A stretch of DNA of 64,000 bases. Source: Planctomycetota bacterium. GTDB lineage: Bacteria > Planctomycetota > UBA8108 > SXIK01. Position 1 is the first letter of the stretch; each line of letters opens with the position of its first letter. Positions 58,078-64,000 of this stretch are shown one piece after another. The notes below the pieces were generated by a model. The model was not told the DNA's origin. It saw only the letters and a list, made by a program, of their open reading frames with translations, and did no database searches. The stretch spans positions 5,664,001 to 5,728,000 of the forward strand of contig OZ244999.1 in the NCBI GenBank assembly GCA_965223265.1. Reading direction: 5' to 3'. Position numbers and translations under genes: made by a program.

Positions 58078-60612
58078 ATGCCAGAACACCTGTCGAGACT
58101 AAAACCTGTGCCGCGACTCGCGGCGCTCGGATTCGGCCTTCTCGCCGCTGCCGTGGCGATTTGGATTGCCCGGGGTGTTATCGAAGAACGGATGCTTCTC
58201 CAGCGGCTGACGGCGCGAGACGAAAAGGTGCGGTTAGCGGCCGCAGCGGCGCTCGGAAGCATGAAGTCCAAGGCTGGGGTACAGGCGATTCTTGAGCTGC
58301 CCGAGAGCGCCAGAGAATGGTCCGCTGCTGCAAACGAACACGACGAGAGTAAACTCCAAGACACCGACTCTCTAGCCCACGGCGAACTCGTCAACGAGTG
58401 GCTGGACGTCGTTGAAGCTTATGGCCTGCAGGCGTGGGAGCGGAATCTTGAAATCGCACTGACGCGTCTCGATCACGATCTCAGCCAACCTCGCAATAGC
58501 CCGCCTCACGACCGCGCGGTAACGTTGCTGGGATTCCTATACTTTCGAGATTCGCCCAATGCACTAACTCGTCAGGAAGGCGCCGAGCTGGCCCTCAAGC
58601 ATTGTGCCGGGATGCAGACGGACGACTGCTCTGAATGGCTCTGGTTCGTCAAAGTCAGACATTCTGTGTGGGCTGATGCCCACAAACTCCTGCCCCCTCT
58701 GATAGGCCTCGTCGACGTCGAGGAAGGGCTTCTTCTCGAAGATGCTTCAGCCGCAGCGCGCGCGATCGATCCAGCATCATCCGAGCTCATCGAGGCGCTG
58801 ATCGGAAAACTCTTGAGTGAAAAACAGCGGCACTCTTTGCGCGCCGCAGCAGAGCTACACGACGTCCCCGCGGCCACGGACCGACTTCTCCAGGTCGCAC
58901 AAGGCAACGACCGCAGTCAACAGCTCGCTGCCATTCGCGCGCTCTCCTCTCCGGTAGCGATTCCCGTGCTGGCGGAATTCGCGCAGGGCGAGGAGCCCGA
59001 GTTCCGCCGCCAAGCTCTCGAGGCGCTCGGCCGCGTCAATTCCGAGACGTCGGTCAGCATCGTGGCGACGCACGCACGCGATCGCGACCTCACGATCGCA
59101 GCGACCGCGATCAGGCAGCTGGGTCGATCGCGGACCCGTACCGCCGCACGCATCCTCATCGACTTGGCGCGATCGTCTGACTCGTACATCACGGTCAAAG
59201 CGTTGGAGGCGATGAGCTCCCTGAACGATAACTTTCTCGAGGAGAGGATTGAAGCGGTGCTCGACACTCTCTCCGACTCCACCGAGCCCATCCGGGCCGC
59301 TGCAACGCACGCCTTGTGGAGACTTCTGGAACTCCACTGGGCGCTGAACACGGGCCGATCGGAGACTCCGTCGCGCAGCCAAGTCCCACACGCGCTGCGG
59401 CCCTTTCGTCAGTTCGAGGAAGAGACGAGGGCAGGCGTCACGTGGGCGTTCGCCGCTGGCAGACTCGGCGAGATGCTCTCTGTCGCGCTGCAGGATCCCT
59501 CGCCGCTTGTCCGTCGGCAGACCCTGCGGGCGCTGCGGTCGTTCCCGCGCTTTTTCTCGCCGCCCGGCTATCTCCAGCCTGCGAGCGTCCTCCGAGGCGT
59601 CATTCGCTGCCTCCAGGATACAGATCTCAGCGTTAGCAGGGCGGCTGAGCGTCTTCTCAGACCCGATGACTTGCCTCTTTTCTCAACAGCTCACATCCAT
59701 CGCTTCCAAGATGTTCTGCAGGAGCCCGAGCTCCTCGAGAGCTTTCCTGTGCAGCGCGAGCCCGTCCGCGTGGTACTGGCCGCCGCTGCGTCGCGCGTCG
59801 TCGCCGACGATTTGATCACCTTGGCGCTTGCTGACCCCTCGCCCCTTGTGCGACACACGGCGCTGGACGATCTCTCAGGCGTTGACTCCCTCGCCGAGCC
59901 TGTCTTGAACTCGATTCTTCACGTGTGCCTGACCGATTCGGACGCTCAGGTCAGATGGGCCGCCGCGCACCTCATCGGCCGGCGCCCTGGATACGCGGGA
60001 GACCTTATCGCCGCCTTAGAAGGTACCAAGCGCCAGCGCTGGTCGGGCGCGGCGCTGGCACTCGAATCCGCAGCTCTCGAATCGCACATCGATGCAGCGC
60101 AAGGAGAACGTCTCATTCCGACACTCATTCAGCGCATCAACCACGGCGACAGGGAAACCCGTGAGGCCTGCGCGCCGGTGCTATCGATACTCCGCCCAGA
60201 GGCGATGGTCGATCTCCTCGTGACACAACTCGTTTCAAAGGATTCCCGTGCCGACGAAGAGGAGCTTCGATCTCTGGCGGCGCTCGTCTCTCAGCATCCG
60301 CGCAGCGTCTCCGACGCCCTGCGCATCCTCGAGACCAACTCGGACTCGCCGGCGACCGAGCTTTTCGACCTCGCTGCAGCGTCCAATTGTGGCGAAGCTG
60401 CGGCGACCGAACGATTTCTCCGCGAAATGCTCGCGCTCAAGTTTCCACGGCTGCGGCTGCTCGCCGCGCGGCGACTTCGCAACGCCGGGCTCGCACCGCC
60501 GACCGCCCTCGCCCTTCTCGGCGACGCTCTGCAGCGGGAATCCAGTGCCGAAGTACGCCGCGAGCTCAAAGGGGCTGTAGCTCAAATCACAGAGTCGCTC
60601 GCGGACCCTTGA
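58078..60612 (+). CDS. Membrane-anchored HEAT-repeat protein
   Basis: N-terminal TM helix; multiple D..P.VR..A..AL repeats. Confidence 0.85.
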   Translation: MPEHLSRLKPVPRLAALGFGLLAAAVAIWIARGVIEERMLLQRLTARDEKVRLAAAAALGSMKSKAGVQAILELPESAREWSAAANEHDESKLQDTDSLAHGELVNEWLDVVEAYGLQAWERNLEIALTRLDHDLSQPRNSPPHDRAVTLLGFLYFRDSPNALTRQEGAELALKHCAGMQTDDCSEWLWFVKVRHSVWADAHKLLPPLIGLVDVEEGLLLEDASAAARAIDPASSELIEALIGKLLSEKQRHSLRAAAELHDVPAATDRLLQVAQGNDRSQQLAAIRALSSPVAIPVLAEFAQGEEPEFRRQALEALGRVNSETSVSIVATHARDRDLTIAATAIRQLGRSRTRTAARILIDLARSSDSYITVKALEAMSSLNDNFLEERIEAVLDTLSDSTEPIRAAATHALWRLLELHWALNTGRSETPSRSQVPHALRPFRQFEEETRAGVTWAFAAGRLGEMLSVALQDPSPLVRRQTLRALRSFPRFFSPPGYLQPASVLRGVIRCLQDTDLSVSRAAERLLRPDDLPLFSTAHIHRFQDVLQEPELLESFPVQREPVRVVLAAAASRVVADDLITLALADPSPLVRHTALDDLSGVDSLAEPVLNSILHVCLTDSDAQVRWAAAHLIGRRPGYAGDLIAALEGTKRQRWSGAALALESAALESHIDAAQGERLIPTLIQRINHGDRETREACAPVLSILRPEAMVDLLVTQLVSKDSRADEEELRSLAALVSQHPRSVSDALRILETNSDSPATELFDLAAASNCGEAAATERFLREMLALKFPRLRLLAARRLRNAGLAPPTALALLGDALQRESSAEVRRELKGAVAQITESLADP

Positions 60613-60667
60613 CTTCGCCCCCTCGGGCGCCTCAACTGGCGGGCTTGACTCTCCCAAGGATCACCTC

Positions 60668-62569
60668 ATGAGCTCAAGCCTCGACCTGCGCGCCACCGGC
60701 AAAACGGTGCTGCTCTCTGCGTGCGTCGGCATCGTTGCCGGCCTTGGCGCCATCGTTTTTCAGTTCGCGTGTCAGCTTTGTCTGCACTTCGTGCTCGCTG
60801 GCTTCACCGGTTGGTCGCCGGTGGAGCCGCGCGGCGAAGCGTCGTGGTTTCATGCTGCTGGCGGGACTCCGTCGTTGACGCTGATCGTCCTCGTCATGGC
60901 AGCTGGCGGACTCGTCTCGGGCATCCTCGTCTACACGTTCGCACCCGACGCTGAGGGTCACGGCACCGACGCAGCCATCGAAGCGTTTCACCACAAACGC
61001 GGTGCGATCGCACCACTCACCGCGCTCGTCAAACTCGTCGCCTCAGCCGTCACGATCGGCACGGGCGGCTCCGGGGGGCGCGAAGGACCGATCGCACAGA
61101 TCGGCGCTGGGTTCGGCTCCTTCGTCGGTGCGCGCTTGAAGCTCTCAGCACGTGAGCGCCGCGTACTCATGGCCGCCGGCATGGGTGCAGGCGTCGCGGC
61201 GATCTTTCGCGCCCCACTTGCTGGGGCACTCTTTGCCGCGGAAATCCTCTACCGTGAAGCAGAGTTCGAGTCGGAGGTCATCGTCCCGGCCGCGATCGCA
61301 TCGATTATCTCATACAGCGTCTACGCGCTTTCGCTGCCGGCGCACCTCATGTTCACGCCGCTCTTTGGTGAAGGTCTCGGTTTCGCCCTCGGTTCTCCGT
61401 TCGAACTGTTGCCGCTGACGATTCTCGCGGTCGTGCTGAGCTTGACCGCTGTCGTCTATATCAAGGTCTTCTATGGCACTCATGCGTTGTTCAAAAAGCT
61501 ACCGCTACCACGACACGTTCGGCCCGCGGTCGGTGCTGGACTGGCTGGGCTGTTCGGGATCGGCCTCTACACGCTGATTGGCAATGAAGTCGCACTGTCG
61601 GTACTTTCGAGCGGCTACGGCGCGATCCAGGGTGCACTCGACACGTCTGTAGACATCGGCATCGGTGTTCTCTGTGCCATCGCCTTCGGCAAGATTCTGA
61701 CGACCTCGTTGACGATCGGCTCCGGCGGTTCCGGCGGCGTCTTTGGTCCGTCGATGGTGATCGGCGGCACCCTCGGCGCTGCCGCCGGGCAGACGCTGCA
61801 TGGACTGTGGCCGGCGCTCGTAACGCAGCCGCAGGCTTACACCATTGTCGGCATGGCCGGGTTCTTTTCAGGTTGCGCGCACGCTCCCATCTCGACGCTC
61901 GTCATGGTCTCGGAGATCACCGGCGACTATCGCCTCCTCATTCCTGCCATGTGGGTGTCGACGCTCTGCTTCATCTTGTGCCGACCCTGGACAATCTACG
62001 AGAAGCAGGTGCCGACGCGACTCGAATCGCCGGCGCACCGCGGCGACTTCATCATTGACTTGCTCGAAGGCTTTCGCGTCCGCGAGGTGTTTCGACCGGG
62101 GCGCCCATTCAAACTTATCGGTGAGTCGACACCACTCGAGACGATCCTGAAAGAAATCGCGGCCAGCGGCCAGAGTTACTTCCCGGTGGTCAGGAGTGCG
62201 CCCACGCGACCTTCGGATGGCGGAGAGTCCGACGCTGAAGCCGAAGGCGAACACGACACTGTGTCGTCGTCGGCCGCAGACGAACACATGGTCGGAATCT
62301 TTTCCGCCAATGACGTTCGCGCGTTCATCTACGATGAGTCGATGTGGCGCGTTGCCATCGCCCGTGACATCATGGTCACGGACTTTCTCAGCGTCACGCT
62401 CGACGACGACCTCAATACCGCGCTGCGGCGCTTCACGGCGCGCAATATCGACGAGCTACCGGTGATCGATACGCCGAGTGGTCGCGTGCTCGGCCTCTTG
62501 CGGCGTAAGGACGTCATAGCGTTTTATAACGAGCGCCTTGAAGAGCAGAAACGAAATGTCGACAGCTGA
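60668..62569 (+). CDS. CLC-family Cl-/H+ transporter with CBS domains
   Basis: GHGTD, GREGP (gating Glu), FRAPLAG, GGSGGVFGP and APIS motifs; C-terminal CBS pair. Confidence 0.95.
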   Translation: MSSSLDLRATGKTVLLSACVGIVAGLGAIVFQFACQLCLHFVLAGFTGWSPVEPRGEASWFHAAGGTPSLTLIVLVMAAGGLVSGILVYTFAPDAEGHGTDAAIEAFHHKRGAIAPLTALVKLVASAVTIGTGGSGGREGPIAQIGAGFGSFVGARLKLSARERRVLMAAGMGAGVAAIFRAPLAGALFAAEILYREAEFESEVIVPAAIASIISYSVYALSLPAHLMFTPLFGEGLGFALGSPFELLPLTILAVVLSLTAVVYIKVFYGTHALFKKLPLPRHVRPAVGAGLAGLFGIGLYTLIGNEVALSVLSSGYGAIQGALDTSVDIGIGVLCAIAFGKILTTSLTIGSGGSGGVFGPSMVIGGTLGAAAGQTLHGLWPALVTQPQAYTIVGMAGFFSGCAHAPISTLVMVSEITGDYRLLIPAMWVSTLCFILCRPWTIYEKQVPTRLESPAHRGDFIIDLLEGFRVREVFRPGRPFKLIGESTPLETILKEIAASGQSYFPVVRSAPTRPSDGGESDAEAEGEHDTVSSSAADEHMVGIFSANDVRAFIYDESMWRVAIARDIMVTDFLSVTLDDDLNTALRRFTARNIDELPVIDTPSGRVLGLLRRKDVIAFYNERLEEQKRNVDS

Positions 62570-63476
62570 AGTCCGGCGCCGAGGAAAGCGCGTAGCGGGT
62601 CTGGCGGGTCTCGGAGCCATCACGATCGTAGTGCTGCTCACCCTCAACTGGCACACTCTCGTGACCCATTATCGCCTCCGGCAACTCGACCGCTCCGAAA
62701 CATTCGACGCGGCAAAGGTTTTACTCGACCCTCTCCTGGTGAGCTCGCACCGACAAGACGTCGCGCGAGTCATCGTCGGGGAGATGGGACCGGATCGTCC
62801 GACGTTGACGTTTTGGCTGTTCTACCACTGTGCTGCAGCTACGTCGATGAACGGGGATGATCACGAGGCGCTGCGGCAAATGGGACCGCTCCTTCCGCTA
62901 GTGCGAGAGTTTGGCACTCGCGTGCGCCGTGATGAACAGCTTCTCGCCTCTCTCGCGTATTTCGTACGGTGGTGCGGGCCCGACGCTTGGAAACACATTC
63001 AGAGGCCCGGACGACCTTCCCCCAAGAGGGGACTGGGTGACGTGCTGCTTTCCGCGTTCATCGGGCCTCTCTTCAACTTCGACGAAATGATGACCGAGTT
63101 CCACGCGGAGGAGCCGGAAGGAACGGAGGTGCTGCTTCGCTTCCGCGAGTTGGTCCTTCTTGCCGAAGCATGGATTCTTGGGGTAGAACCGCCGCCCGAG
63201 CTTCCGAATGTCGAGTTTCCAAAGTCGCGAGATGAGAAAAAGCTCCTTCGATTCCTGAGAGCATCGGAAAGTAACTACGCGCTCTTGCAGAATTGGGTTC
63301 AAGAGAACAGGGACTTTTTGCTCTTCGATGAGTCTCTTGGACGATTCGTGATTCAGCGCGGACCTAGAGGTGAGCCCATAGAAGTTCCGCGCTCGAGGAG
63401 AACGGTGACCGTCCCGGAGAAGCCGTGTTTGGACTGGACGGGACCAATTCCTCCGCGCTCCGCCGAGCAATCGTGA
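62556..63476 (+). CDS. Hypothetical single-TM protein
   Basis: RRRGKR followed by the hydrophobic helix VAGLAGLGAITIVVLLTL; overlaps the CLC stop. Confidence 0.7.
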   Translation: MSTAEVRRRGKRVAGLAGLGAITIVVLLTLNWHTLVTHYRLRQLDRSETFDAAKVLLDPLLVSSHRQDVARVIVGEMGPDRPTLTFWLFYHCAAATSMNGDDHEALRQMGPLLPLVREFGTRVRRDEQLLASLAYFVRWCGPDAWKHIQRPGRPSPKRGLGDVLLSAFIGPLFNFDEMMTEFHAEEPEGTEVLLRFRELVLLAEAWILGVEPPPELPNVEFPKSRDEKKLLRFLRASESNYALLQNWVQENRDFLLFDESLGRFVIQRGPRGEPIEVPRSRRTVTVPEKPCLDWTGPIPPRSAEQS

Positions 63477-63549
63477 AGTCCCAAGGAAGTCCGCGGACGA
63501 AGAATGACGCTCGAAGGAACTCCGGCGCTCGAGAGCCTCCGAACGTACG

Positions 63550-63783
63550 GTAGGAATCTTCTCCACCAACGATGTGCGTGCTTTCATCTATGACGAGTCA
63601 ATGTGGCGCATTGCGATCGCTCGTGACATGATGGTCACCGACTTTCTCAGCGTCACGCTCGACGACGACCTCAATACCGCGCTGCGGCGCTTCACGGCGC
63701 GCAATATCGACGAGCTTCCGGTCCTGGAGGCACAAAGCGATCGACGCGCTGCGCAAGTGCTTTGCGGTTCACCTCGCGGGTGA
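63550..63783 (+). pseudogene. Duplicated fragment of the CLC CBS region
   Basis: Aligns to 62291-62463. The 77 bp at 63640-63716 are identical to 62381-62457, then the frame diverges and stops. Confidence 0.85.
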
Positions 63784-64000
63784 TCAGCACTTAGCGACGA
63801 TCTTCCACCATGGCATCGAGGAGTTTCGCGACAGTTGTTTCTCCTTCGGTGTCCCATCGATCGCGAACCTTTACCTGCGCTGGTGGAAGCCGCTCCAACC
63901 CGGCGGGCAACGCGAGCCGGGCGCGCCGGAGTATACCGGCGATCACTTGGACGGCTTTGGCAACAAGGTCACCTGCTATGCCGTCGCCAACCCCGACGAA

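Noticed and set aside
62291-63783. DGR template/variable repeat pair
   Set aside because: Differences are mostly synonymous third-position changes, not adenine-specific, and there is no reverse transcriptase in the window.

Overview
High-GC bacterial DNA that looks planctomycete: three DUF1501 genes, DUF1080, DUF4838, two lamin-tail/CotH/dockerin proteins, a GSDH-cytochrome c fusion, HEAT proteins, a sulfatase with an SSS transporter, and an ECF sigma with a Ser/Thr kinase. The main feature is a 13,954-bp tyrosine-integrase element (15537-29490). It is bounded by a 9-bp direct repeat, TCCATGGCG (15528-15536 and 29482-29490), and carries tandem TTGTGC arm-like sites at both ends. It has inserted into the hinge codons (Y-A-M|E-Y) of the Ser/Thr kinase gene coupled to the ECF sigma. 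Both kinase halves are intact, and precise excision would rebuild a 1159-aa kinase, so this is a candidate excision-controlled signalling switch. The cargo includes two RHH regulators, a TerS-like protein, a second Xer-like recombinase, a TIR protein with duplicated winged-helix-like repeats, a coiled-coil/HTH protein and two coupled PIN nucleases (candidate novel defence locus). The kinase ORF also contains an in-frame nested gene with its own RBS, ATG and signal peptide, ending in a dockerin. Outside the island are a hairpin MITE, a GTAG-type REP family linked to short-unit repeat tracts (one apparently captured in frame inside a DUF3160 gene), and a mosaic duplication of the CLC CBS region around an inserted gene. 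I saw no rRNA, tRNA or CRISPR array. All family assignments are by-eye motif recognition, not database searches.
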